64,000 bases of DNA from an uncultured Actinomycetota bacterium (lineage in GTDB: Bacteria; Actinomycetota; Actinomycetes; Propionibacteriales; Kribbellaceae), in NCBI GenBank assembly GCA_963822475.1, contig CAWGHT010000013.1, forward strand, positions 230,226 to 294,225, in the 5' to 3' direction. Below the pieces are notes generated by a model that saw only the letters and a list, made by a program, of their open reading frames with translations, was not told the DNA's origin and did no database searches. This document shows, piece after piece, positions 46,797-56,517 of the stretch; the stretch's first letter is position 1, and each line of letters begins with the position of its first letter. The translations under genes were made by a program, and so were the position numbers.

Positions 46797-49654
46797 TGAC
46801 GAGCGCGGCAGTCGGCGAGTTGCTGTCCGAGCCGGACACTCCAGCCCGACTGGCCAGACTGCGCTCGGACGGTCTGGCGACCAGGTCTGGTGTGGCCGAG
46901 CTGCTCGGCGAGGTCGACCAGCTCGTACACTCGGAGCCGACCGCCGCCGGTGAACTCGCGGCGGTCTGCCGACTGGCCGCTGAAGATCTGGGGGACGCCG
47001 ACTTGGCGTCGCGGGCCTGCTATCTGCTCGCTCGGGTCTTGGCCGACCGCGCCGAGTTCGATCACGCGTTGAGTTTGATCGAGGAGGCGCGGTCCGGCTG
47101 GTGGCGCGCAGGCGCACGGCTGTCCGCGTTGCGGACCGATCTCGGAAGGATGCAGATCCTCGACGATCTCGGTCGACATCGCGAGGCGGCCGAGGTGGCC
47201 GAGACTCTGCTGACGCAGCTGGATGCAGTCGATGTGAGCGCGGATCCTGACGAGGTGGAGCTGAGCCGGTGGCTGCACGCCGCCGGACAGGAGAATCTCG
47301 GCGTGGCCCGCGGTTTCCTCGGTCAGCAGGAGGAGGCGCTCGCGGCCTACGCGCGGGCCGAGGCGGAGTACGAAGCCCTCGAGCTCGACGCCGACGTCGC
47401 GCGGGCCCGGGCCAACCGCGGCATCGAACTTCTGGAACTTGGTCGTGCGCACGAGGCCCTCGCGGCTCTCGGGTCCGCCGAAGAGATCTTCCGGGTGGAA
47501 GGTGATCGGTTGTGGTCTGCGAAGTGTGCGGGCCATCGGGCCGAGGTGTTCCGCCAGACCGGGGAGCTGGTAGCGGCCTTGCGATTGCTCGAGACGGCAC
47601 ATGCCGAGCTGGCGGAGCTGGACGCCGTGCCGGAGGCGATCCGCCTACGGCTCACGATCGCGGGTACCTGTCTTGATCTTGGACTGTACGACGAAGCACT
47701 GGTGGCGGCCTCGGCCGTCGCCGAGCAGTCGGCCGAGCTCGGAATGCGCCACGACACCGCGACGGCTCAGCTGACTCAAGGGTTGGCGCAGCTCGGTGCG
47801 GGCCGGCCCGCACCGGCGGAGACGGCCATCCGGGCCGCCGCCGATCTCGCCGTGTCGGTCGGCGACGATCGGTTGCAGGCCCAGATCCGATTGGCCGAGG
47901 CGGAGCTCGCGGCGGCGGACGGCCGGGCCGCTGACGCCGCATGCCTCGTGGAGCAGGCGGCGGCGGAGCTCAAGGCAGGAAACTGGCCCGCGCCGCTGTT
48001 GTCCGCCACCCTGCGCCGGATCGACCTGACGCTCGACGAGGCGACGATGGGAACAGCGCTCGACGATGCCGCGGCAATGCTCGAACAGCATCCGCTGACC
48101 CATCTGAGATATCCCTATCTGCTGCGGGCAGCCCGGCGTCAGCTGGCCGGTGGCCGGCGCGAGGAGGCCGAGGAATACCTGCGAGAGGCGGTCGATGACG
48201 TCGAACGGATGAGTGGCGTCCTTCCGGACCACACCATGCGTCTGGCTTTCCGGACCGACAGGCTGGCGGCGTACGACGAACTTGTCGCGCTGCTGGTCGA
48301 GCGGGGCGCCTCGGACGAGGCCCGAGCCGTGAGCGACCGCGCCAAGGCGCGCACTCTGATCGATCTGCTCAACGGGGCGATCCGGCCGGGGCAGCAGCTC
48401 GCCGACCTCCGGCCGCTGATCGGCGACCTGGCCGCGACCTACAACAGCCTGACCGCCGCGGAGCATCCGGACCGTCGGAACGCACTGCACCGCCGCGCGA
48501 ACGATCTCGAGCATCAGCTCGGACTGGCCCAGGTCCGGCTCGCCGCCATGTCGCCGACGGTCACCGCTTCCGAGCCAGGAGAACCTGCTGAATCACCCGC
48601 ATCCGGGCGATCCGGCCTCGCCGCGGTCATCACGTTCCACGCCGTCGGCGACGACCTGGTCAGCTTCGTCGAGCGTGCCGGCCACGACCTCGCCGTCCAT
48701 CGGGAGCGGTCCGTGATGCCCGAGTTGACGCTGGAGCTCGATCGCTTGACCGCGCAGTGGAGCCGCTTCCGCCTCGACGACGTCTTCGTCCGCCGTCACG
48801 CCGACACTCTGGTCGCGACCACCAACGAGATCCTCGGCCGTATCTACCGGTGGCTGATCGCTCCGATCCGCGAAGTCCTCGACGAGAGCACCGGCGAGAG
48901 CCTGATCGTCGTACCGGACCGGCGGCTGTTCAGGGTGCCGTTCCATGCCTTGTACGACGGTTCCGCGCACCTGAACCGTGATTGGGACATCACCGTGCAG
49001 CCGGCTCGCGGTGGCCCGATTGTTGCCTCCGGCCTGCACCTTCCCGGACCACGCTCCTTGCTGTTCGCCGTCGCTGACGCCAACGCGCCCTCGGTCGGCG
49101 CCGAGTCGGACGCTCTGGCCGGGTTGTTGCCGACGGCGCAGGTGTTCGGAGATGCAGACGCGACCAGTGCGGCGTTGTTCCGTGAACTTGGTGAAGCGCC
49201 GGCGCCGGCGGTTCTGCACATCGCCTGCCACGGCCTGTACCGGCCGAGCAATCCGGCATTCTCGTCGTTGCGGCTCGCGGACCGCTGGGTGACCGCCGCC
49301 GAACTTCTGGAGCTCAACCTGCGCGGAAGCCTGGTCACGTTGAGTGCCTGTGAATCGGGCCGGCACGACCAGGTCGGTGCCGAGCCGGTCGGCCTGGCGT
49401 GGTCGTTCCTGGCGGCCGGCGCGCGTGGTGTGGTGGTGAGCCAGTGGCTCGTCTCCGACACCGTGACCGTCGAGCTGATGACGGCGTTCTACCGCGCGCT
49501 CGCCGACGGATCCGTGCCTGCCGCCGCCTTGCGGACCGCCCGGTCGTCGATCGCGCGACGGCACCCGCACCCGTACCACTGGGCACCTTTCAGCTACGTC
49601 GCGTCGCCTGGCGCGTCCGTTCCGGCACCATCCCCGATCGGAGTCAGCACATGA
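46796..49654 (+). CDS. TPR-CHAT (caspase HetF-associated) cysteine protease
   Basis: Long helical TPR-like repeats; catalytic VLHIACHG (His) and VTLSACESG (Cys); HPYHWAPF. Confidence 0.92.
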   Translation: MTSAAVGELLSEPDTPARLARLRSDGLATRSGVAELLGEVDQLVHSEPTAAGELAAVCRLAAEDLGDADLASRACYLLARVLADRAEFDHALSLIEEARSGWWRAGARLSALRTDLGRMQILDDLGRHREAAEVAETLLTQLDAVDVSADPDEVELSRWLHAAGQENLGVARGFLGQQEEALAAYARAEAEYEALELDADVARARANRGIELLELGRAHEALAALGSAEEIFRVEGDRLWSAKCAGHRAEVFRQTGELVAALRLLETAHAELAELDAVPEAIRLRLTIAGTCLDLGLYDEALVAASAVAEQSAELGMRHDTATAQLTQGLAQLGAGRPAPAETAIRAAADLAVSVGDDRLQAQIRLAEAELAAADGRAADAACLVEQAAAELKAGNWPAPLLSATLRRIDLTLDEATMGTALDDAAAMLEQHPLTHLRYPYLLRAARRQLAGGRREEAEEYLREAVDDVERMSGVLPDHTMRLAFRTDRLAAYDELVALLVERGASDEARAVSDRAKARTLIDLLNGAIRPGQQLADLRPLIGDLAATYNSLTAAEHPDRRNALHRRANDLEHQLGLAQVRLAAMSPTVTASEPGEPAESPASGRSGLAAVITFHAVGDDLVSFVERAGHDLAVHRERSVMPELTLELDRLTAQWSRFRLDDVFVRRHADTLVATTNEILGRIYRWLIAPIREVLDESTGESLIVVPDRRLFRVPFHALYDGSAHLNRDWDITVQPARGGPIVASGLHLPGPRSLLFAVADANAPSVGAESDALAGLLPTAQVFGDADATSAALFRELGEAPAPAVLHIACHGLYRPSNPAFSSLRLADRWVTAAELLELNLRGSLVTLSACESGRHDQVGAEPVGLAWSFLAAGARGVVVSQWLVSDTVTVELMTAFYRALADGSVPAAALRTARSSIARRHPHPYHWAPFSYVASPGASVPAPSPIGVST

Positions 49655-50916
49655 GCAGCCTTCGCCTCGTCCGACGTACGGCGAGCCTCGTCCTGATCGT
49701 TCTGCTCGGCTGGTTGGCCACTTCGCTGCCGGCCGACGCCGATCAGACCCTGTACAGCCCGGATGCCCCTGACGGCATCGTGGTCAAGATGGACATCGCC
49801 GACGGCTACCGGATCAGTGACGTGGAGGCGGCGTTCCCGGTGGTGGTGGACAGTGCGGTGCTGGCGTCGCGCGGCATCTACCGGGTCCGCCCGACCGATC
49901 CGAAGTATCTCAAGGAGGGCAAGAGCAAGGAGTTGGCGGACAAGATCCAGCACGCTACAGGCGTCGTCTACGCTGAGCCCGACGAGATCGCGAGTCTGCT
50001 GGACACCCGCTTCCATGCCTGGCCCGAGGGAAGCGCCGAGGACGCGGGAACTGATCCAGCGGTCTGGCTCGATCAGCAGGCGATCTCGGAAATGCGCCTC
50101 GGCGAGGCACACCAGGACAGCCTCGGTGCCGGCATCGTCGTCGCCGTACTCGACACAGGTGCAGACCTGAACCACCAAGCGTTGCAGAACCGGCTGGTTC
50201 CGGGCTGGGATTACGTCGACGACGACCCTGACCCTTCGGAGGAGGCGCCGGGCATTCCGGACGGGACGGGACCTTCCGACACGGCCTACGGACATGGCAC
50301 ATTCGTCAGCGGCGTCACCGCGATGGTCGCGCCGGACGCGCGGATCATGCCCCTCCGGGTCCTCGACAGTAACGGGCGGGGCAATGTCTTCGCCGTCGCG
50401 CAGGCCCTGCTCGATGCCGCCGCGGCAGGGGCGCAGGTGGTCAATCTCAGCTTCGGTACGCCGACGAGGCCGTCGAAGCTCCTCGCCGAGACCATCAAAG
50501 ACCTGAAGAAGCGTGGGGTCGTCGTGGTCGCCGCGGCCGGCAACTCCGGAACCGACAAGAAGCAGTACCCGGCCGCGCAGCCGGAGGTGATGAGCGTCGC
50601 GGCGCTGGGAACCGAGAGCGGCGACCTGGCGTCCTTCTCCGGGTTCGGAGAATGGATCGACGTCGCGGCGCCGGGCGACGACATCGCCGGGCCCGTTCCC
50701 GGCGGGCGGTACGCCTGGTGGCGCGGTACGTCGATTGCGGCGCCGTTCGTGGCCGGCCAGGTCGCGCTGGTGCGGTCGATGGCCCCGAAACTCGCGCCCG
50801 CCAAGGTTTTCGAGGCCGTCCTGCGGACGACCGACAAGCTGAACAAGGGCCACAAGGTGCACTCCGGATCGATCGATGTGGTCGGCAGCCTGGACTTCAC
50901 TGCCGCCCACGACTGA
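49651..50916 (+). CDS. Secreted S8 subtilase
   Basis: Signal peptide ending ADA; VAVLDTG (D), GHGTFVSG (H), AAAGN, GTSIAAP (S). Confidence 0.92.
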   Translation: MSSLRLVRRTASLVLIVLLGWLATSLPADADQTLYSPDAPDGIVVKMDIADGYRISDVEAAFPVVVDSAVLASRGIYRVRPTDPKYLKEGKSKELADKIQHATGVVYAEPDEIASLLDTRFHAWPEGSAEDAGTDPAVWLDQQAISEMRLGEAHQDSLGAGIVVAVLDTGADLNHQALQNRLVPGWDYVDDDPDPSEEAPGIPDGTGPSDTAYGHGTFVSGVTAMVAPDARIMPLRVLDSNGRGNVFAVAQALLDAAAAGAQVVNLSFGTPTRPSKLLAETIKDLKKRGVVVVAAAGNSGTDKKQYPAAQPEVMSVAALGTESGDLASFSGFGEWIDVAAPGDDIAGPVPGGRYAWWRGTSIAAPFVAGQVALVRSMAPKLAPAKVFEAVLRTTDKLNKGHKVHSGSIDVVGSLDFTAAHD

Positions 50917-51865
50917 GGGCGCGGGCTGCCCACGCACTGCGGGCGATGTCGTCGAGGTCGTGCACCGCGGTCCAACCCAGTTCGCTGCGAATCTTCGTGG
51001 GGTCGGCGATCACCTGGGCGGCGTCGCCGGCCCGTGCCTCGGCGGCGTGCCGTTCCAGCGGCCGACCAGTCACCCGGCGGACGGCCTGGATCATCTCGAG
51101 AACGCTGGTGCCGGTTCCGGATCCGATGTTGTAGATCGCGCCGACCGGGCCGATCCGCAGCCGGTCGAGGACGCACCGATGCGCGGCGGCGACATCGCTC
51201 ACGTGGACGTAGTCGCGGACACAGGTGCCGTCCGGCGTCGGGTGATCGATGCCGTTGACGGAGATGATCGCGCCGGTCTCGGCAGCCATGAGTAACTTGG
51301 GGATCAGGTTGTCCGTGCCGGTGTCGGCCAGTTCGGGGGTGGCTGCCCCCCCGACGTTGAAGTACCGCAGTATCGCCCAGTCGAGGCCTTCCGCGGTCGC
51401 GGTGTCGCGCAGCAGACGTTCGGCTGCCAGCTTGCTCCAGCCGTACGGCGAGGCTGGCTCGGTCGGCGAGTTCTCGGTGACCGGAGCCGCTGTCACCGGA
51501 CCGTAGACCGCTGCACTGGACGAGAACAGGATCCGTCCGACGCCGCTGGAGACCATCGCGGTCAGAACGCTGTGCAGACCGTGCACGTTGTGGTGCTGGT
51601 AGTCGAGTGGGCGGCGAATCGATTCCGCGACCGACTTCCGGCCGGCGAGGTGGACGATGCCGTCCACGCCGTACGTCGTCAGAACCCGGACCAGCAGCCG
51701 GGTGTCATGGATCGATCCGCCGACGAACGGCACCGTGCCGTCGAGCCGGATGGCGTCGCCGGTGGACAGGTCGTCCACCACCACGACCCGCTCGCCCGCT
51801 CCCTGCAGCGCCCGGACGACATGCGCCCCGATGTACCCCGCACCCCCGGTGACCAACCAGCTCAT
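50897..51865 (-). CDS. galE: UDP-glucose 4-epimerase
   Basis: VTGGAGYIG, FSSSAAVYG, YGWSK, LRYFNVGGA, DGTCVRDYVHV. Confidence 0.9.
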   Translation of the reverse strand: MSWLVTGGAGYIGAHVVRALQGAGERVVVVDDLSTGDAIRLDGTVPFVGGSIHDTRLLVRVLTTYGVDGIVHLAGRKSVAESIRRPLDYQHHNVHGLHSVLTAMVSSGVGRILFSSSAAVYGPVTAAPVTENSPTEPASPYGWSKLAAERLLRDTATAEGLDWAILRYFNVGGAATPELADTGTDNLIPKLLMAAETGAIISVNGIDHPTPDGTCVRDYVHVSDVAAAHRCVLDRLRIGPVGAIYNIGSGTGTSVLEMIQAVRRVTGRPLERHAAEARAGDAAQVIADPTKIRSELGWTAVHDLDDIARSAWAARALSRGRQ

Positions 51866-51885
51866 GAGCCCTCCCCAACCTTGAG

Positions 51886-52935
51886 TCATCCGTCGCGGAA
51901 CCGCAGCACCCGCTTGGCCGTCGTACGCATCGCGCTGTCCAGACCGCTGAACGGGAGCCGCTCGATCCGGTAGGAGTTCGACAGGTGCGGAGTGGCGCCG
52001 AATGCGGTCTTGAAGGCAGCGAGGCCGGATCCGGGCTTGCTGTCGCCCATGTGGTACAGCTGAGCGCCGGTCGCGCAGGCGTCCTCGATGACCTGCTGCT
52101 GCAGGAGGTCGTTGGCCGCGGTCGGCCGTGCGATGCGCTGGTCCATCGCGCCGCGCCAGTACCGGACATGCCGGCCTTGCCGCAGCACGATCAACGCCGC
52201 GGCCGGTTCGTCGCCGAGCCAGGCCACCCAGATCGCACACCGCTCGCCGAGGTGACGCGCGACCGTCGCGAACTTGCGCTGTGGATTCGCACGATCGGCG
52301 CGCCACCTCGCGAGCGCGAGCGGCTCGTGCTGCTGCGCCGCCCAACGATCGACCGACAGCCGGTAGAGGTGGTCGAACGCGTCGACCAGCCGGCCGGTTC
52401 TGTCCACCTCGACCCGCAGGCCGGAGCGCCCGGCTTTGCGGACGGCCCCGCGCACGTTGGTGCGGAACTTGCTCTTCCAGAGCGCCTCGTACCCGCAACG
52501 GAGATCGAGGCAGTAGCTGATGTGCTCGGTGACCGCGAAACTCGCCGGCGGTCGACGCCATGCCGTTGCGGCGAAGGGGCCCGGCCGGAGGGTGAGGCGA
52601 AGCCCGTGGCGGGCCAGCAGTTCGTTGTACACGAGTTCTACGTGCGTGTCGTCGATGGGGCCGTCGCTCAGCGGGCCGCCGATTCCCCAGTCGAACGGCC
52701 AGGACGACTCGACGGCGCAGGCAGCGGGTAGTGGGCGGCGAGCGGCGAATGGCAGGATCAGGCGGCGGCCGTCGTCGAAGCGGTAGAACCGGCTGCTGTC
52801 GCGATAGGGACCGACCTCGCAGATCGCGGCGAGCCACTCGGGCGTCTGCGCGGAGCCCGCTTCGGGATCGAGTGCGAGGATCTCGCGCCAGACGCCGGCC
52901 GGTGCCGGGCTCAGCACCTCGACGAGCTTCACCAT
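51886..52935 (-). CDS. FemAB/BcsL-like tandem GNAT (Acetyltransf_6)
   Basis: FRTNVRGAVRKAGRSGL, YWRGAM, NDLLQ, GLAAFKTAFGA. Confidence 0.8.
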   Translation of the reverse strand: MVKLVEVLSPAPAGVWREILALDPEAGSAQTPEWLAAICEVGPYRDSSRFYRFDDGRRLILPFAARRPLPAACAVESSWPFDWGIGGPLSDGPIDDTHVELVYNELLARHGLRLTLRPGPFAATAWRRPPASFAVTEHISYCLDLRCGYEALWKSKFRTNVRGAVRKAGRSGLRVEVDRTGRLVDAFDHLYRLSVDRWAAQQHEPLALARWRADRANPQRKFATVARHLGERCAIWVAWLGDEPAAALIVLRQGRHVRYWRGAMDQRIARPTAANDLLQQQVIEDACATGAQLYHMGDSKPGSGLAAFKTAFGATPHLSNSYRIERLPFSGLDSAMRTTAKRVLRFRDG

Positions 52936-55523
52936 CGTGACCTCCGGGCAGCGAGTACGGCGAGCCGCGCGGTGCGGACCGGCAATCCGCGAAGGCCATC
53001 CTCGCGCAGGCCGAGGATGGCGAGCATCACGGCTGATCGGGATGGAACTTCCGGTCCGCGGCATCGGTCACACTCACCGGGACCATGCCCCAACAGCTCG
53101 GTGCACGCCTCGGCAAGTCCGCTCTGGTACTCGCCGGCGGCGATCACGAATCCGGCGTCGCGGACTGCCGGCGCTGCGTTCCGGGGTGCCCGAGCCAGGT
53201 GTGCGAGTCCGAACATCGACACGTCCTCGGCGGTGTCGCCGACCGCGAGTGCGAAGCCGGGCGGCCGGGATCGCTGCGGGTCGAGCGACGAGGCGAACTC
53301 TCGCAGGCCGGTGCCTTTGTCGACGCCGATCGGAACGATGTCCGTTTGGCCGTCGCCGGGCACGATGCGGACCTTCGCAAGAAGCTCCGCGCCGAGCTGC
53401 TGGAGGATGTCGTCCGGCAGCGGACCGCCGGACGAGTGGGAGGCCCGCACCACGTAGCGGTAGCGGTCGTCAAGTCGTACGTCGGGCAAGGCGGCCAGCC
53501 GGCAGCGGATGAACTCGATGGCCTGGCCCGCGGAGGTGCTGCGGAGATCCGTCGAACGGTGCGAGCGATGGTCGTAGCTGACTGCGCCGTACTCGGCGAC
53601 AGCTCCTCGAAGGCCGAATGCCGTACATCGTGCGGCGGCCTCGGGCAGGCTCCGGCCGGTCGCGAGAATCGGGCGGAAACCATGGGTGGCCAGCGCTCGC
53701 AGGGCGAGCACACCGGCCGGGGACGGGTTCGGAAATCCGAGGGGATCCGTCTCTAGGGTGCCATCGAGGTCGATCGCACACAGTTCGCCGCCACCGTCGA
53801 GCCCGGTCGCGTCCAGGGCCGACGCGAGATAGTCGCAGACAGCTGTCGCGGACAGATCGTCGGCGCGTTGCCGGTGGAGGTCACCGGCCCGGCGCATCCG
53901 CCACAGATGCGCGAGCCGGTAGATCAGCCAGCGTTCGCCGTCGACGGTCCGTCCGGTCCGGCGCTCGTAGGTCGTCCGCAACATGGCCTCGAACCCGGGG
54001 GACGGTGGATCGGCGGACGCCCCCGCCAGATCGAAGATCTCGTCGTAGCAGCCGAGCTCCAAGCTCCCGAACGACCGCTCGTCGAAGCCGACCTTGCGCA
54101 GTTGGTCGCCTGGCAGCCAGAACCGGACGTCGGTCTGGCCGTCGGGGACGCTCGGCGCTGTCGTCCGCAAGAGCCCGCGGACGATGCCGTCCAGCAGCAG
54201 CACCTGGCCGGCTGGCGCGAGCCGGCCGAACATCCCGCTGAGGAGGCCGGCCGCGACCTCCCAGACCGGAGCGCGGCCGCGAAGTCGCGCGACCGGGTCA
54301 CGATCGACTCGCAGCGCACGGCCACGATCGGAGACATAGCGCACCACGCCTGCCGCGAGTACCTGCTCATCCGGGCGTTTCAGCGCTGCCGGGAGCCACT
54401 CGCGGTACAGCAGCCCATCCGCGAGGCCGTAAGTCCGCGGGCAGTGCTGGGGCAGGCGGTTCGCGACCGTCACGGCATGCCGCCCGAAGTATCCGAGCCC
54501 GGCACCTTCTACTGCGATCTCGCTCGGCCGGGTCGTTCCGTCGGGACCGGTGATCCGTACGGTGTACCTCGCGCGCGCCCGGCTCCGTCGCGTGTTTCCT
54601 GACTGCCAGGGGACGGCTCGGGCCTCAACCAGGTGGCCAGGACCCAGCAGGGACTCGAGTTGCGCGGCGACTGCGGGTTCGCGCAGGCGGGAATGTACGG
54701 TCCACTCCGACCACGGCAGATAGACGCCGGCCCATGGCTCGAGCGCGGGCGGAGGATTCTGCCCGGCGAGTGCCAGCAGCATCACGATGCGGTCCTCGGG
54801 CAGGCCGATCGCGGTAGCGGCAGCGGCCAGCGCGCTGCCGGTCACCGGCGGGTCGTCGACCAGGACCACGTGTCCACCGGCCGCGGCGACTTCGCGCAGG
54901 ACGCCTCGCTCCTCGCGCCGCAGCCCGCGGCCCGGCCGGTAGCTGAGCAGCGAGGCGGTCACCGACCGGGCCCGCAACGCTGCGACGCACAGCGGTGCGA
55001 GATAGCTGCCCGAGGTGCGGATCCCGACCACGCAGACCGGAGTGCCGGTGCCGAATCGATCCACGAAGCGACCGGCGAGCTCGGCGATGTCGTCCGGATG
55101 CTGGTCGAAGCTGCGGAAACACGACGGCACCCGGAGCACGTCGTCCGTCCGTGGCAGCCGGAGCTCGTCGAGCCCGAGGTGGCCGGCAGGGCCGTTGCCG
55201 AGGACGGCCGCGGCCAGCGAGATCGTTGCCTCGCCCAACGAGCGCCGGGTTGCGTGGAGTGCCGGCGGGACAGGTGCCTGGAGGAGGCGCGCGGCGGCGC
55301 CGGCAACCAGGCCGCCTGCGCGGGCCCCGCGGCCGTGCAGGTAGTCGGCCGCGCGCCGCAACAGCAGGGGGTCGGGATGAAGGCGGTCCTCGACGAGTTG
55401 GTGCAGGCCGGCGGCGAGCAGGTAGGCGTCGAGCCAGTCGCCCGCGGCGGCGGCCCGGCGGAGTTGCCCGGTGAGTTCGTCGGCGGTCATCAGCAGGTCG
55501 AGGGGTTGCCAGGGAGTCGTCAC
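52929..55523 (-). CDS. 864-aa multidomain protein: PRTase-like + kinase-like + HAD-IIB phosphatase
   Basis: VGIRTSGSY and VVLVDDPPVTGS; GLLYREWLP...VPDGQ...LRKVGFD; IDLDGT, ATGR, DKGTG, GDTAED; GTG start overlaps the upstream TGA. Confidence 0.75.
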   Translation of the reverse strand: MTTPWQPLDLLMTADELTGQLRRAAAAGDWLDAYLLAAGLHQLVEDRLHPDPLLLRRAADYLHGRGARAGGLVAGAAARLLQAPVPPALHATRRSLGEATISLAAAVLGNGPAGHLGLDELRLPRTDDVLRVPSCFRSFDQHPDDIAELAGRFVDRFGTGTPVCVVGIRTSGSYLAPLCVAALRARSVTASLLSYRPGRGLRREERGVLREVAAAGGHVVLVDDPPVTGSALAAAATAIGLPEDRIVMLLALAGQNPPPALEPWAGVYLPWSEWTVHSRLREPAVAAQLESLLGPGHLVEARAVPWQSGNTRRSRARARYTVRITGPDGTTRPSEIAVEGAGLGYFGRHAVTVANRLPQHCPRTYGLADGLLYREWLPAALKRPDEQVLAAGVVRYVSDRGRALRVDRDPVARLRGRAPVWEVAAGLLSGMFGRLAPAGQVLLLDGIVRGLLRTTAPSVPDGQTDVRFWLPGDQLRKVGFDERSFGSLELGCYDEIFDLAGASADPPSPGFEAMLRTTYERRTGRTVDGERWLIYRLAHLWRMRRAGDLHRQRADDLSATAVCDYLASALDATGLDGGGELCAIDLDGTLETDPLGFPNPSPAGVLALRALATHGFRPILATGRSLPEAAARCTAFGLRGAVAEYGAVSYDHRSHRSTDLRSTSAGQAIEFIRCRLAALPDVRLDDRYRYVVRASHSSGGPLPDDILQQLGAELLAKVRIVPGDGQTDIVPIGVDKGTGLREFASSLDPQRSRPPGFALAVGDTAEDVSMFGLAHLARAPRNAAPAVRDAGFVIAAGEYQSGLAEACTELLGHGPGECDRCRGPEVPSRSAVMLAILGLREDGLRGLPVRTARLAVLAARRSRW

Positions 55524-56275
55524 GGCAACCACCTCCCGGTCCGGCGGTACAGCCGCCACAGCTTGGTGGTGAGGAGGTCGCGTGGTCTGGCCACGCGGAC
55601 CTGCCCGGCCAGCCAGTTGGTGAGCGTCTCGTCCGTCGTCGCCCGGGTGACGGTCAGCCGGGCGATGGTGAACGGTGGATCGCAGTCCGGGCTGAGGGCG
55701 TTCTTCACCGAGCAGGCGGACCGGTAGCCGGCGTCGGCGACGAGACGCCGTACCGCAGGGCTGGAGTAGCCGTGCGGATAGGCGAAGCTGTGGATCGGCT
55801 GCCCGAGCTGCTGCTCGAGATCGCGACGACAGTGCGTCACCTCGTTCCACACTGCCGCCGGGCGGAGCGTATCGAGCTCGGGGTGGGTCACCGAGTGCGC
55901 GCCGATCTCGTGCCCCAGCACCGCGAGCTCCCTGATACCGGACCAGCTGAGCATCCGGTCTCCGCCAGGGCTGCGACCGCAGACGAATCCCGTGGTGACG
56001 TAGACGGTCGCGGGGAAGTCGTGTGCCAGGAGCAGCGGTGCGGCGGCTTCGAGGGTGTCGGCGAAGCCGTCGTCGAAGGTGATGACGACGGGCTTCGCGG
56101 GCAGCTGTCGCTGCGCCAGGGCGGTGCGCAGCGCGGTCAGGGTGATCGCGTTGAGCCCGGCAGCCCTGATCAGCTGAAGGTGCCGGCTGAAGGTCTGCGG
56201 TGTGACGGTGAACTGCTCGATCCAGACCGATGGCGTCCGGCTCACCGAGTGATACAGGAGGATGGGGACGTTCAT
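55520..56275 (-). CDS. Polysaccharide deacetylase (NodB/CE4)
   Basis: LLYHSV, ITFDDG, GAHSVTHP, FAYPHG. Confidence 0.92.
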   Translation of the reverse strand: MNVPILLYHSVSRTPSVWIEQFTVTPQTFSRHLQLIRAAGLNAITLTALRTALAQRQLPAKPVVITFDDGFADTLEAAAPLLLAHDFPATVYVTTGFVCGRSPGGDRMLSWSGIRELAVLGHEIGAHSVTHPELDTLRPAAVWNEVTHCRRDLEQQLGQPIHSFAYPHGYSSPAVRRLVADAGYRSACSVKNALSPDCDPPFTIARLTVTRATTDETLTNWLAGQVRVARPRDLLTTKLWRLYRRTGRWLP

Positions 56276-56517
56276 CGGTGCCTGCCTCGGGGGATGGGCA
56301 GAAGGGCGCCGACCAGCGTCAGGACAACAAGCACGAGGAGCAGCCTGGACGCCGACCACACGCCGGCGATGGCCAGTGCCTCGGATCCGATCGCGGTGAC
56401 CGCGAGGCTCGTTGCCACGATGAGCAGCCGGCGCAGCGGGGGGTCGAGGTCCAGTCGGCGGACCAGCGCCCAGCCAGGCGCCAAGGCGATGAACGCGAAC
56501 ACGACGATCGCTCTCAT
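56272..56517 (-). CDS. Small 3-TM membrane protein
   Basis: Hydrophobic, LAPGWAL motif, 4-bp overlaps on both sides. Confidence 0.7.
   Translation of the reverse strand: MRAIVVFAFIALAPGWALVRRLDLDPPLRRLLIVATSLAVTAIGSEALAIAGVWSASRLLLVLVVLTLVGALLPIPRGRHR

Noticed and set aside
45565-50916. Type III-E CRISPR (Craspase) locus
   Set aside because: No Cas7-11, Csx31 or array in the window; only the analogous protease/sigma logic is present
52929-55850. ORF-track starts for several long ORFs (55850, 52999, 62955, 15465, 18455, 45052, 49399)
   Set aside because: They extend into neighbouring genes; downstream starts that overlap the previous stop or follow an RBS were used instead
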